Assembly (NCBI RefSeq): GCF_036321535.1
Contig: NC_087436.1
Coordinates: 29,514,001 to 29,578,000, forward strand
Source: Camelus dromedarius
Lineage: Eukaryota
Direction: 5' to 3'
Length of the DNA: 64,000 nucleotides
A model generated the notes under the pieces. The model saw only the letters and a program-made list of their open reading frames with translations. It ran no database searches and had not been told where the DNA came from. The position numbers and the translations under genes are program-made. Shown piece after piece: positions 40,690 to 52,546 of this stretch; position 1 is the first letter of the stretch, and each line of letters starts with the position of its first letter.

Positions 40690-41640
40690 AACTTATATTC
40701 TAGTGTGGGAACTCCCAAATAGTAAACAGAATAAATATTTACACAATATATTAGATGGTAGCAATTGCAACAGAGGATAAGGAATTGGGTATTTGCTGAA
40801 GGCAAGTTGCAGTTTGCAATAAGGACCCCTAATAGGCTTTACAATGGAGCAACATTTGAATAAATATTTTAAGGAGATTAGAGGTTTGGATGTGTTGATA
40901 TATTTGGGAAAAACATTCCACGCAGAGAGAATCACCTGCACAAAAACTGAAAGTAGGATGATGGTTAGACTTAAGCACAACAATGGGTCCACTTTGCTTA
41001 GAGTGGAGTGAATCATGAAAACAGAAAAAAAAAAAAAAACGAGCAGGAAAATGCATAATAAGATAGTGTAGGGTTTTGCAAGCTTGGTGAGGTCTTTAGC
41101 TTTTACTTTGAATGAAATAGGAGCTTTTGAAATGTTCAGAGCAGAGAAGTTGCATGATCTGATCGCATTTTCCAATGACGATACTGAGCATCATGCTGTA
41201 GCCATGGGAGGCTAAGAGAGGCCAGCAAGAAGGCCGTGCTCAATCCTGATCACAGGTATGGTTGCCAGGAGCAGGTAGCAGTGAGGAGATGAGAAGTGGT
41301 CAGATTCTGGAATTATCTTAAAGGTAAAACAAACAGACTTTGTAGATGATTGGGTGTAACAAGTGAAAGAAAAAGAAGAGTCAAGAATGTCTCCAAGGAA
41401 AAAAAAAAGAATGTCTCCAAGGTTTTTCTCTGAGCAACAATTAGGATAAAGTTTCTATCAACCAAGACAAGGAAAATTGTTGTAAGATAGATTCAGGGTG
41501 AAAGATGATGAGTTCATTATTGGATATGTTCTTTGGGGATGTAAAATAGGAAGTTGAAATTAAATGTATAAAATTCTGGAGTGGTGTTGGAGTAAGATGA
41601 CTAGAAAAATGGAGATTAGAACATACATATTATTTTACAA
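40690..41640 (-). mobile_element. LINE-2 (L2a-like) fragment
   Basis: cttatattctagtgtggga...gaagtggtcagattctggaattatcttaaaggtaaa...tgagttcattattggatatgtt resembles antisense L2. Confidence 0.8.
41383..41422 (+). mobile_element. Poly(A)-only insertion between perfect 16-bp direct repeats
   Basis: aagaatgtctccaagg (41383-41398), A8, aagaatgtctccaagg (41407-41422). Confidence 0.7.
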
Positions 41641-41699
41641 TTGGATGAAGTTACCATAATGTTAACTATTTCTAATGCCTTCCCTTCAGTTATACCTCA

Positions 41700-42910
41700 G
41701 CCCAGTAAGATAACCTTGTCCTCATCATTCCTACATCCTGTATAGGTCATTAATATTCTATTGGCCCCTATATTTAAAGATTGGTATTTATTCCTATTCT
41801 TACTTAACCTCCAGGCACCATTCGCACAGCTGAACACATGATCCCTTTTCAAATCTCCTTCCTTGATGTCTGAGTCAACAAACTCTGCCTTGTTCTCACC
41901 TACCTCCCTGCCTGCGCATTCCCATGCTCTTGGACAGTATCTTAATGCTTTACCATCACCAACTATTGCTCTTTCCCAGAAAACTATCCAGGGATTTTTA
42001 TTCTCACTTGGTATACTTTTACTGAGTAATTTTATTAATCTGGACTCTTGATTACAAGCGACAAAATCAGATTTTGATTATCATCAGCAAAGAGTGGACT
42101 TGAATGATGAATAAGAGGCTAGAGAAGACGGTGGGCTAGCAGAGGAAAACACCTATTATTCGCAGTGCTGCTTCTGTGTAATCACTGTGCCCTTCCACCT
42201 TATTTCATCAGTGTTACTTCATCTTATTTCACCAGTATTCCATCCTGGTATCCCTACTTCAAGACTGAAAAACTTTTCAGCATCTGACTCACCAGGTTTA
42301 TGTTACATGTTTATCCCTTTGCTTGTGTGTGTGCACGCTTGTGTGGGTGTGTGTGTATGGAACGGTGGACACATTGTTAGAGGAAGTGAATAGATCTGGC
42401 TTCAAATTTTTCAAGATAATTGTTATTTTTAATAATATCTTCGAAGTCTTAAAAAGACTGAGAACAGGCTCCTCATTAGTTGTCTCATGCCTAACTAATC
42501 ACTTGCTCTCTCTCATCTACTTCACTGCTTCCCCATTCTTTGCACCAGACACACTGCATCTCTCTCAGCTCTTCTGAGGTAACATACATTGACTTTAGGC
42601 ATATGCTTACCACACATCACATAGCTAAATTATAATCGACCTTCTTCTGTTTTAGTATTATTGCTGTTTTGTTTCCTCTGTAGAAAGCAGTCCTGGACAC
42701 TGCCCCTCTTCCAACTTAACTAGGTAGAAGTCCCAACACCTGTCTTTCATGAAAATCTTAATTTTTCCATGTTAGAGCACTTGATAAGGCTTACTTACAT
42801 TCTAATTGCTTATTTTTCCCTACAGATTCTTCAAAGTTAGATCATGCCTACTGTATTTACTGCTGCATTCCCATTACATAATATTATAGTAGATGTAAAA
42901 CATTTATTAG
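41700..42910 (+). mobile_element. Degenerate LINE-2 fragments
   Basis: cttacttaacctccaggcaccattcgcacagctgaacac...; tgcattcccattacataatattatagtagatgt resembles an L2 3' end. Confidence 0.5.
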
Positions 42911-43214
42911 ATTAAAAACATACTTTGGGAAGATTATCCTAGTCAATGAAATGATGACCTATTACTTTAGAATAAATATATCTATGTTTTTAATTATATG
43001 GATAACTCATCTCACTCTAAATCTTTTTTAAAGAATAAACATCATACTATAATGTGGTGACCCAATTAGCTTGCCTATTTTGAGCCAGAGAATGCACTAA
43101 CACATTGATGATCATTCTGTTCTACTCGACATTTCCATTTTTAAAATCCACTAAATTGGTATTATCTTAACGGAGTTTATGAAAAGTCAGCTGATCACAC
43201 ACTTTTCTCAATAA

Positions 43215-43477
43215 TAATAAAAATATTAGCAAACAGCAAAGTCTTATTGACTACAGTGTGCCAAGAAGCATTCTAATCACTTTAGATTAACTAAATTATG
43301 TTTCCCTCACATACCTCAAGGAAGTAGGGACTAAATTATCCCCATTTGACAGCTGAACAAAGTGTGGTGCAAAAGAGATAGCGTGACCCACTAAGGTCAC
43401 ATACTTAGAAAGTATCAGAGTTGATACTGGAACAGACACAGTCTGGTTCCATAGTTCATGGTCATAACCCACTACAA
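43215..43477 (-). mobile_element. MIR SINE
   Basis: ttatccccatttgacagctgaacaaagtgtgg...aaggtcacatacttagaaagt...cagtctggttccatag core. Confidence 0.8.
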
Positions 43478-44079
43478 GTGAATAACAGAGAAAACTGAGA
43501 TCAAGATCAAAGTATCAGCTTTCTAAAATTGGATCAGAGATTACAGTTTGATCTGAGTCAGCGACCTCTGACAGAATTGGGACCTACTCACCCATTTAGA
43601 CTCAGGGAAAGCACCAGGACAATCACAGACCCCTGCAGGTCCTCCCTCTTTTCCACAGTCTTTGTGAAAAAGCACAAACTACTGTGCCAGAAGGAAAAAG
43701 GAAAGAATCATTAACTGATTTAGGTTAAACAAAAATTCCCCAGTAATGATTTGTATTGTCCATTTCACTGTCAGAGGTCTGGACTAGACTGGCCAATGAT
43801 AAAAACCTAGTGCAGCATTTTATGACCTCTAATAAGTTAATTAACTCCACTTTGGTATAGCATTTTTGTCTCCTTTGAAAGTGACAAAGTAATGAACCCT
43901 TTAAATTCCATTGAATTGCAAATGAACATGGCTGCTTTCTGCTAAGCTGCTACTTGTGGAATATTAATAACTACCCACTAGTGCTTCTTTAATCTAACTG
44001 TGCACTGGAATCCCAACGAAGACTGAAAAAGAGATGCAGCTGCCCAAACACCCCCACAGAGCTACTGGATCAGAGGACA

Positions 44080-44322
44080 GGGAGAGGCGATAAAGTAGGG
44101 GTTGGAGATTAACAGACACATTACTACATATAAAATAGATAAACAACAAGGACCTACTATATAGCACAAGGAACTATATTCAATTTCTTGTAATTATATA
44201 TATGATAGAAAATAATCTGAAAAGAAAATATATATGTATGTATATATATAACTGAATCACTTTGCTGTACATCTGAAACTAACATTGTAAATCAACTACA
44301 CTTCAGTAAATTTTTTTAAAAA
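44080..44322 (+). mobile_element. LINE-1 3'UTR tip (cetartiodactyl-type)
   Basis: ataaaatagataaacaacaaggacctactatatagcacaaggaactatattcaa...ataactgaatcactttgctgtacatctgaaactaac. Confidence 0.9.
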
Positions 44323-45648
44323 GAGTTTATCTGCTTCTGTCTCTCAAGTATAGCCAGAGATGATAATGAATGTCTCAAACAGCAAAGACTGTCAGCTGTA
44401 CTGAAACCACAGACTGCACTGAAAACTCTTGGAACAAAGGTAATAGCTGATAACAGTGTTTCTTGTTACTAAGGGAAGTAATAGATTAAATAAAAGCAAA
44501 AATAAGATGTGTAATCTATATAACAGAAAATAGTTTTAATTAATTAGATATGAGAAGGCTTCCACTTGTGTGAAAAATGAGCCTGGTTAAATTAAAAGCA
44601 GGTTAAGAAAGAGGAATGAGTCAGAGAAGTTAGCATAATTATATGGTCCACCTACAGAGATATTAGAATCCCAACTGCAGCTTTGAGCAAGTCAGACTTG
44701 AGAGTGTGGAAGTGTAAATTCAACAGCAGGTTTTTGTATAAAACATGTTATTTTGGTGTCCTCACTTGGATCCAAAATATGGAGGACGAGCATATATATT
44801 TTTTAATCTGCTTTAGATTAGCCAGGCTCATTTTTCCAACACACTATATTGAAAACTCAGTCTCCACCTTCGTATCCCACACCTCTGAGTACATCACTTT
44901 CCATTACTCTTAGGGCAATCTTAGATGTTTAAGTTTTGTTTTATGAAACAAAAGACAGGAAAGTTAAGTGTTTGGAATACAGAAAATATTCAATAAATAA
45001 AACCTTTTAAAAATTGTTGTTACTGTTGTAATTATTATTGCTGTTTTTACTGTTAGAGCAAATCTCCAATATTAGTTTTAGTATTTAAAATATGTAAGGA
45101 AAGTAATTTCTTGCTGGTATTAACACAAATGCCAAGCCTTCTCATATGTAATTAATTGAAACTATTTTCTGGTATAGAGATTATACATCTTATTTTTACT
45201 TCTATTTAATATGCTCTTCTTTTCCTCCTGAAAGTCCCTTATCAGTGATCCTGGCCCCCCTCAACCTTGAACAGACCATCATAATAGTTTCCTTCTCAAA
45301 TATAAAACAAAAATGACATAATTATAAACACATATATCTTGTGTTTTTAAAAATCTATTTCCCTTTAATACTCTGGGTTTTTATTCATTAAACTTAAATT
45401 TTGTTTTTTTCAATCTCTTAGATCAAACTCCCCTCATTCAATTAAAAATATATTCCCAACATTATCTTCCTTTGCTTTATAGTCTTTAAAAAACTTTTTT
45501 TGAAAGACAATGCAGTTTTGACTCTACATACAAAGTTTTTGTGCCTAGCATCAAGACATTATTATACTCATTATTTCTTTTGAATTGAAACTAGTGTCCT
45601 TCTATCTTTATTACCACCTTTACAGGATTCCATCAATGTTTCACTTAC

Positions 45649-45715
45649 CCTATGCTTCTGTTAATATATGTGCCTTCCACTTTTGATGAAAGCAATCTTA
45701 CTTATAATTACAAAC
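45649..45715 (-). pseudogene. Candidate small exon remnant
   Basis: Acceptor tttcattaaatttcagttag, strong donor AGG|gtaagt; stops in all frames. Confidence 0.25.
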
Positions 45716-46737
45716 CTAACTGAAATTTAATGAAATACAAAGTTCAATTATGAAGATGACTAAGATGGACAGAAACTGCTAATTAACATTTGGTTTTTTG
45801 CTTGTTCCTTTGTTTATTTTTATAATATTTGTGTTTACTGTAAAATCTCAAAGATGATGAACTTGGTTGAGAATGCTTAGTCATTTTTTTTTAAATATTT
45901 GTTAAATGTTGTTATTGTCATAGCAAATCTCCAATGTTAGTTCTAGTTTTTAAATTTATTATTCATAAATAGCTTTTGACTTCTTAGAAAGTTGTTCAAG
46001 TTTATGTTCACCATACTGTACAGCTGAACTTCTAAAATGATTAGATTTGTGTGATGAACCAAATGAATGCTTGCAGGCCTATGCAGAGAGGCTCAGAGTA
46101 CTGGAACACTGTACTTCAAATCTGATAGCTCTGTGGATCCTGTTTTTAAAAAGTTAAAAAAAAAATGTTTACTGTGAAAGCAAAACTAGAAGCTGCCTAG
46201 TTTGTAGTCCTAAAAGCAGTATCACTTATATTTCATTTTTGGATTCAGTTGCTCATTATAGGAATTTATGTTTATAACAAGACTTTTTAGTGTTTATAAT
46301 TCTCTGAGTCATTTCTGCCTGTTGTTGTGGGCAACCAGTAGAAAACTAATGATGACTAAGACAAGGTTAGCTAAAGACAGCGATTAAAATTTATAAAGTA
46401 ATTTTTAAAACTTCGTATAAATATATATGGATATGCCTCTGTGTGCACACTCACACATGCACATACACACATCCCCAAACAAAACAGCCCATCCATTTAA
46501 TATTCATTGGTAAGTATGTTTCAAAGATACTCATTTCTGCCTCACATAATTTTCACTATCTCATTTCATATAACCATGTCTTTTGTATATAATTTTTTAC
46601 TTGCTTATCACTTGGGAATTTTAAAGCAAATTTAAATACTTTATTATACATACATGGAAGTAAGTGCAGCCTGTTTCAAACACTGATTTAATGTTTCATG
46701 GTAAGGGGATTTAACAAAAATATCCCTTTAAAATTAC

Positions 46738-46941
46738 TTGTTCAGCCACAGAGAAACAGTGTTCAGACGTGTAAAAGCATCCACAGAGCTCACGGCATGC
46801 ACATCTAGAAGTCTGGCTGCAGAGCGTGTGTAAGGCAGAAGAGCTGCTCAGCAGACCCCGTCTGCGGCAGCACACGCGCAGTCTGGCACCCGTCAGGAAA
46901 GTCTGCGTCTGACTCTCTGCTACAGCAGCCCTTCTGTCACC
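46738..46941 (-). pseudogene. Candidate exon remnant, 204 nt, GC- and CpG-rich
   Basis: Acceptor ttctctttaaacgcag, donor CAA|gtaatt; frame 0 fully open (GDRRAAVAESQTQTFLTGARLRVCC...SVAEQ). Confidence 0.45.
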
Positions 46942-46946
46942 CTGCG
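46764..46946. promoter_or_regulatory. Candidate regulatory element: CpG-rich patch with seven CAGAC/GTCTG motifs and an NRF1-like site
   Basis: 10 CpGs in about 180 bp in otherwise CpG-poor DNA; motifs at 46764, 46811, 46852, 46860, 46881, 46901 and 46907; gcacacgcgca at 46870-46880. Confidence 0.35.
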
Positions 46947-47034
46947 TTTAAAGAGAATTTCAAATAAAGGCCATGTGCATATTTAAATATTTAGGATGCT
47001 AGTTTGATGGTTAAAATTCTTGTTATAATATTAC

Positions 47035-47421
47035 AAATGCTTGGATTTTATAAAAATCAGAGTAGTGGTCTAAAAGCAAGTACTTTTTTATCTTTTGAAG
47101 CCATAAAATGATTGTAGAACTTCTGATGTTAAACGATTGGGATGAAATACTATGTATTGCCCAGGGCCCGTGTGGTTGATTTTCCTTTCTTTTTCTTAAT
47201 TGAAGTATTGTTGATTTACAATGTTGTGTTTGTTTCTGGTGTACAGATTCAGCTATACATTTATACACACACACACACACACACACACATATAGACTCTT
47301 CATCATTATAGGTTATTACAAGATAGTACATGTATTTCCTTGTGCTATACAGTACGAGCTTATTGATTCTGTGTTATATATAGTAGTTTATAACGCTGCA
47401 GTGTGGGTGATTTTAAGATGC
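47035..47421 (-). pseudogene. Candidate exon remnant split by an L1 insertion (156 nt after removing the L1 and one TSD)
   Basis: Reconstructed reading HLKINHTGPGQYIVFHPNRLTSEVLQSFYGFKR*; another frame gives KYLLLDHYSDFYKIQAF; donor TTT|gtaata; 93-nt intron to the next exon; acceptor weak. Confidence 0.4.
47184..47400 (-). mobile_element. LINE-1 3'UTR tip with 14-bp TSD and internal (CA)n
   Basis: TSD gtgtggttgatttt (47170-47183) and gtgtgggtgatttt (47401-47414); TT/AAAA endonuclease site on the minus strand. Confidence 0.9.
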
Positions 47422-49419
47422 CTTTATGTTGGTATATTTAAATAGAATTAAAAGAAGAGACTGTTTCCATTCAGAGTAAGTAGTATGAATATAATGATGA
47501 CAATGTGATACATCAAAAGGAACAGAAAAATACAGGCAAAGATAGCTTTGTAACAGTAGAATACATATATTTAAAATTTACTCTTTAATGTAGGTAAAAT
47601 ATATTTTTATGAAATTCCATATTTCAGGGATATAACATGTTGACTCTAAATATTTAAGTTATTTGACTGAACATAAGGATAGGGTAAGTAGCTACCACTA
47701 AAAATCAAAGGGACACGTGAGTTAGCAAATCAGAATGCTGTACTGCAAAATAATTATATACATACAATGATGTTAATGTATTTGCCACATTTTGGATTGA
47801 ATTCCCATATATTCTAACCTAGGGTTTCATCCACAATGTCATCTTTTACAGGAGCACACTAAACAGTTTATATTTTTAATTCCTATGAGATACTCCAGAT
47901 AAAAAGAAGTCAATCACACAGATTCCACAAAATATTTAGGTTGCTTTAGTTTTCCAACACCAGTTAGTTAATGTTATGTAAGTTAAAAATCTTTCATATT
48001 TGCTAGTCTTCTCAGTGTATTAATAGATTTATCAACAGGCTAAATAAGTGATAATAATCTAAGAAACAGGAAATGCATAGAAATATTTAAACATGAATTC
48101 TCTATGACATTCTGTGCTAAAACAGGAACTCCCACTATGAATGAGAACACAAATTGTTCATATTTTTAGGAAAAAAACACAGTCTCTACCCAACAATTTC
48201 ACTGCTAAAAAGTAAGCTGTCAGTAAATTTGAAAAAGTGCATCAATATATATGTAAGAGGTGGGGGCTGCAAACCTACAAATATTATTAACAGAGAACCA
48301 ATTATTAAATTTTGTTACACTCATGCAACAAATTACTCTGGAAATGTTAAAAATAATGAGGTTATACAAATTTAGTGCAGGCATGGAAATTACATTATAA
48401 AAAATAATGTAAGTAGCTAAAAATATTTTTCTGAAAGGATAAGCAAGAAAAAGCTTTAAACAATATATTTGTGGGGAGAAGTATTAGTGAGGTTAAAAAG
48501 CTGTGGGGTGACGTTCATTTTTATTTCACACCTTAATAAACTGACTGATGACTCTTACCTTTTGCATGCATTAAATCTATGCCTATTTTTAATATCCAGA
48601 GTGATTATCAGGAATAATGGATCATTTTAATATTCTCCTTGTTATTATTATCAATTTTTAAAATGAATAATTATTCAAAATTTAAAAATCAGATGTCATT
48701 CCAGAGCACAATTTTATCTTAAAAAAAAAAATCACTGTAAAATTAGTTCGCCTCTTATGGAATCTCTGATTAGCTCTAGAGGTTTTAAAACTTGAATCTC
48801 CTTTTTCTTTATCCACTGATATTCAAAAAACTTACAGAAAAAATTCATTTACTTAATATTTTAGTACTATTGTCCAGGGAAAAATGATTATGAATACTGA
48901 AAAAGTCACTATCATGTAGAAGTATAATGATTTTACAGATTAGAACAATAAAAATAACCATTTTCACCCAAAGTGTTGATTATCATTTCAATTCATGAAT
49001 GTCACCATCTGTACAAGCCTTACATAATTCTGAATTCAGACATTTGCTTTACTAATTATTTTTTAACATTTAAAAAAGAAATTGAGGCCACTTTTGCAAT
49101 TGGTAACACATATTAACATAATTTTTGAAACTGAACTTTTTGTACGATTATATTTTTACTACTTTCAGTAATTTATAAAGATAACTATAACAGTCTGTTC
49201 AAGTTTTCCTGCTCTGATTCTAGATTAGTAACAACTAATAAAGATTATTTCTTGGTTTCAATAAATACACTCCTCATTAAATAAAACTGAATTAGCTATA
49301 AATATTTATGCAAACTTCCAACAGTTAGCTCTCAATTATTTTTGATAACAGATCTTATCCATTATCACACAGAACTGTAAGAGATCTAAGATTTTATCAT
49401 AATTACAAGCTAAACAATC

Positions 49420-49805
49420 AGTCGGTTAACGTTCATGGATGCTGACATAACACACAACACACCTGGAACAGAGACAAATAGCTTTACTACTCAAGACAGA
49501 AGTTGTAGCAAGAGTTTCTTATTAGTGCTCTTTCCTCACGTGCCCCAACCCCTAAGAGGCAACACGGGTGGGCTGAAGTGGAGGACTGCACACAGGGTTT
49601 CACTGCAGGAAAGAAACACTGAGCTGACGTCACCTACCACTCTTGCTGTAAACCTGCTCTTTGTCTGGAGGGGCGGTATTACATCAAGACTGCAAGTACT
49701 TCCCTGAGAAACAGCCCATATAAAGAGTGACCAGTCCATTGCATCTATTCCCAGGATACCAGTAAGAATGTGTAGGACCTTCGGAACTGTCTCTTTCTAT
49801 AACTG
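49420..49805 (-). mobile_element. Old ERV LTR-like element
   Basis: GC-richer block; minus strand has ctccagacaaagagcaggttt, resembling recalled MER21/MER34-group LTRs. Confidence 0.5.
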
Positions 49806-50819
49806 TTAACAATTAAATTTTCCTTAAATTAAGAGTTTTTGTATTACGTGACCCACACCACATTTACAGTGGCTCTATCATAAAGCATGACTGACGTTTG
49901 ATGAATTTCAGTTTTCTGTGGGGTCTTCTAGAAGCTGTTTAATGTACTACAACAAATGCAGTAGAGTGTAGAAAAGTGTTAGTGACATGGAACTCAAATC
50001 TTATAAATTCATTAGGAACAGGTTGAAAAAAAAGTCACAAAGGGAGTTATAAACAAAGTGTTGGAAGTAGCATGGTTACCTTAGCAGAAAACAACTGAAA
50101 GTAATAGCAAGCTATTTAAAACACTAAAGATCACCGGGGCCAAGGGAGTGAAAGTCATGCCGAGGGATGTTAGAAGATCCACGCATGCCACTTGGATCTA
50201 GAGTTTGAAATAAATATACAATTCTGAAATGAAAACTATAAGCCTTAAATAAAATCACTCCCGATTTCATCCAGGAAACTTAACGGACCCCCAAATCAGA
50301 AAAAAATTAGATTTCCAACAGTGGATTAGTAGGCTGGATGTCCACAAATGTGTTGAAGGTGGAAAAATAAGACAAAATATAGAAAGAGAAAAAAACTGAA
50401 GGCATGAAAGGATGTAAACAGAGATGATATGAGACAGATATTAGTTAAGGAATCAGTTGTGTTCCTTGACCAGGCATATGTGATTTTCATCTCCATATTC
50501 TCCAAAGAGGAAGGAATGTAAAAGACAACATTCCAAATCAAAATGCTACTTGGCTAGCAGGTGTCATTGCATCTTCTCAATGTCCTATTAAAATACTTAT
50601 GAAAAATCTATAAAGTGTCATAACACTGAAAAGTAAGATTAACCGGAAACAAAAGGTCAGTGTCTATTTGATATTATCATTACATGAAAGGCAGAAGTAC
50701 TTGATTAAAATACATTTACTGAGTTTACTTAGTGAAAGAGCAATTGAAAGCAGGAAGATCCTCTATTAACTTCACCCAAGTTTGCTAAATGATACATAAA
50801 CCCAGAAATATACCCTCAC

Positions 50820-50966
50820 CTTCCTTTACTTTTCAAATGTAATATTTGTGAGGCACTCCTTTGCCACTTAATTTCCATGTTTCTATGTTCAGATAAAGGT
50901 ACAGGGCTTTAACTGCAGCTTAAAAAGATGCAACGACACAAATTATCCCTAGGGGAGGTGCAAGAT
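50820..50966 (-). pseudogene. Candidate exon remnant, 147 nt (multiple of 3)
   Basis: Long pyrimidine tract ending caatttatccag, donor AAG|gtgagg; phase-1 reading LAPPLGIICVVASF*AAVKALYLYLNIETWKLSGKGVPHKYYI*KVKE; frame uncertain. Confidence 0.4.
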
Positions 50967-51043
50967 CTGGATAAATTGGTGCAAAAACAAAACAAAAACA
51001 AATACAAATGGAGGGACAGTTATTTGCCAAACAGAACACCTGG

Positions 51044-51505
51044 TGTTATGTGTTGGGGGTAGTGGTTTTCTGGTGTTCCTACTCAGCTTGTGATAGTTTT
51101 TGTCCACAACTATTATCTTAAGAATGTTTATGCCACAAAGAGTCTTGAAAGATAGAATGGGTGTCTCCTTTTGGAGAAGGAAAGATACGTTTCCTGACCA
51201 GGATAATAGTGTCTCCCTCAGGGAAATGCCAGGCCTATTTGCCAGAAGACTTCTTATAAAACATGGGGTTTTCCTAAACTCGGGGGTTCTCAGATGTAAC
51301 ACAAACACATCCCCCTGGATCTGCTCTGCACTGCCCTGGTGAGGGCCAGTGGAAAACTACACGAACATAAGCCAAGGCTGCCTGCAGTGCTGTGAGTAAT
51401 ACATTACTTTGTCTCCAACCTAGAGGTTTCCTGTGTTTTGCAAGTTATCTATAAAAGTTTTGCAAGTTAATGTGTTCACCTGAAAGTAAGTAAGCCTCAG
51501 GCTCT
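51044..51505 (+). mobile_element. Old ERV LTR (MER21/MER34-group-like)
   Basis: ttatcttaagaatgtttatg...gtcttgaaagatagaatgggtgtctcc...gctgtgagtaatac...ctttgtctc. Confidence 0.6.
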
Positions 51506-52546
51506 TTAAACCTCTAAACAACCAAAAACGCATGAAGCAAGTCTCTTACATACTCCCACCCCTTTTTCCATCGTGCTGGTTCTCCAAAGGATCTTTAGGT
51601 GTCTGAAGAAAGGCTCCAAAAGCAAACAAGAGGGAGGCAGTTCTCTGTATCATGACACTTCTTTCTCTGCACATTTAGGAGAAGTGGAAATATCTTATTT
51701 TCTAATATGAATTCCTTTCAATGCAGAAGAGGAAAAATGGAAGTTCTCTGCAGTGCCCACTGGATCTTCCAGTGCTCGGGCCCACGCTGGGGAGATGGGA
51801 GAGGGGAACGTAAATACTCCTGTTGATGGGAGGGATTTACAGAGGAACCAATCCTGGCTGTCTGCTGGGTGTCAGCTCTGCTGCCCTAATGGATGTTTAG
51901 TTCTTCCCCCATCCACTCCTTCCCAGGTCAAGGTCGGAGGCATTCCTAGGCAGGGCTAGCATTTGAGCCTCTTTCTGAGCTTGAACTTACTGTGTTGGAT
52001 ACAAGATCTTAATATATCTTAAAATTAGGATTGAACAATAAATGTCTGGAGTGAACACAGCCCTGCCTTCAGGGATCTCTGTCTGGCAACTGAGAAGGAG
52101 AAAAACAGTGTAAATGAAGGTGGGCATGACACTCCTATCTCACTACAAGAAGAGGGAGAAAAGAGATGTGTCAAATCTCCAAGAGGGCATCTTGGCTCCT
52201 GTGCCTGGAGGAGTGGGAAGGGAGCTAACTTCTCCGAAGGGACCTGCAGGCAGGCTCTACTTCTTCCTCCTTTGTCTGAATCTGCCCTGTCAATGAGCTT
52301 GGGATGAACAGTTTGCTTTGGAGAAGTGATGCATAGAACAGCTTTGAAGAAATGCCGGAAGTGGTAAAAGAGAAGTGGCTAGATTTGTTGCCACTTGCCC
52401 AGTTCCCCTGACATTCTCCTGAGTCCTGAAGAATTTTGGAGAGAAGGATACAGAGTATGACTCACCTTCAATTGCCCCAGAACTTCCTAGGAAATTGTCT
52501 CAAGAAGAAATAGAGATAATTATTTTAAATGATAACCAGCTACTAA

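Larger units (their letters stand above)
1..50966 (-). pseudogene. Large decayed multi-exon gene remnant of unidentified protein family; probably continues past position 1 and possibly further upstream
   Basis: About 19 candidate exons in unique DNA, all on the minus strand, bounded by AG/GT. Intron phases are compatible in the 21.4-23.4 kb, 29.6-30.4 kb and 46.7-47.4 kb clusters. In-frame stops are present and one exon is interrupted by an L1. That all exons belong to one gene is inference. Confidence 0.55.

Noticed and set aside
40693..41175. Longest ORF in the track (160 aa)
   Set aside because: Lies inside a degenerate L2 and has no gene-like context; treated as chance.
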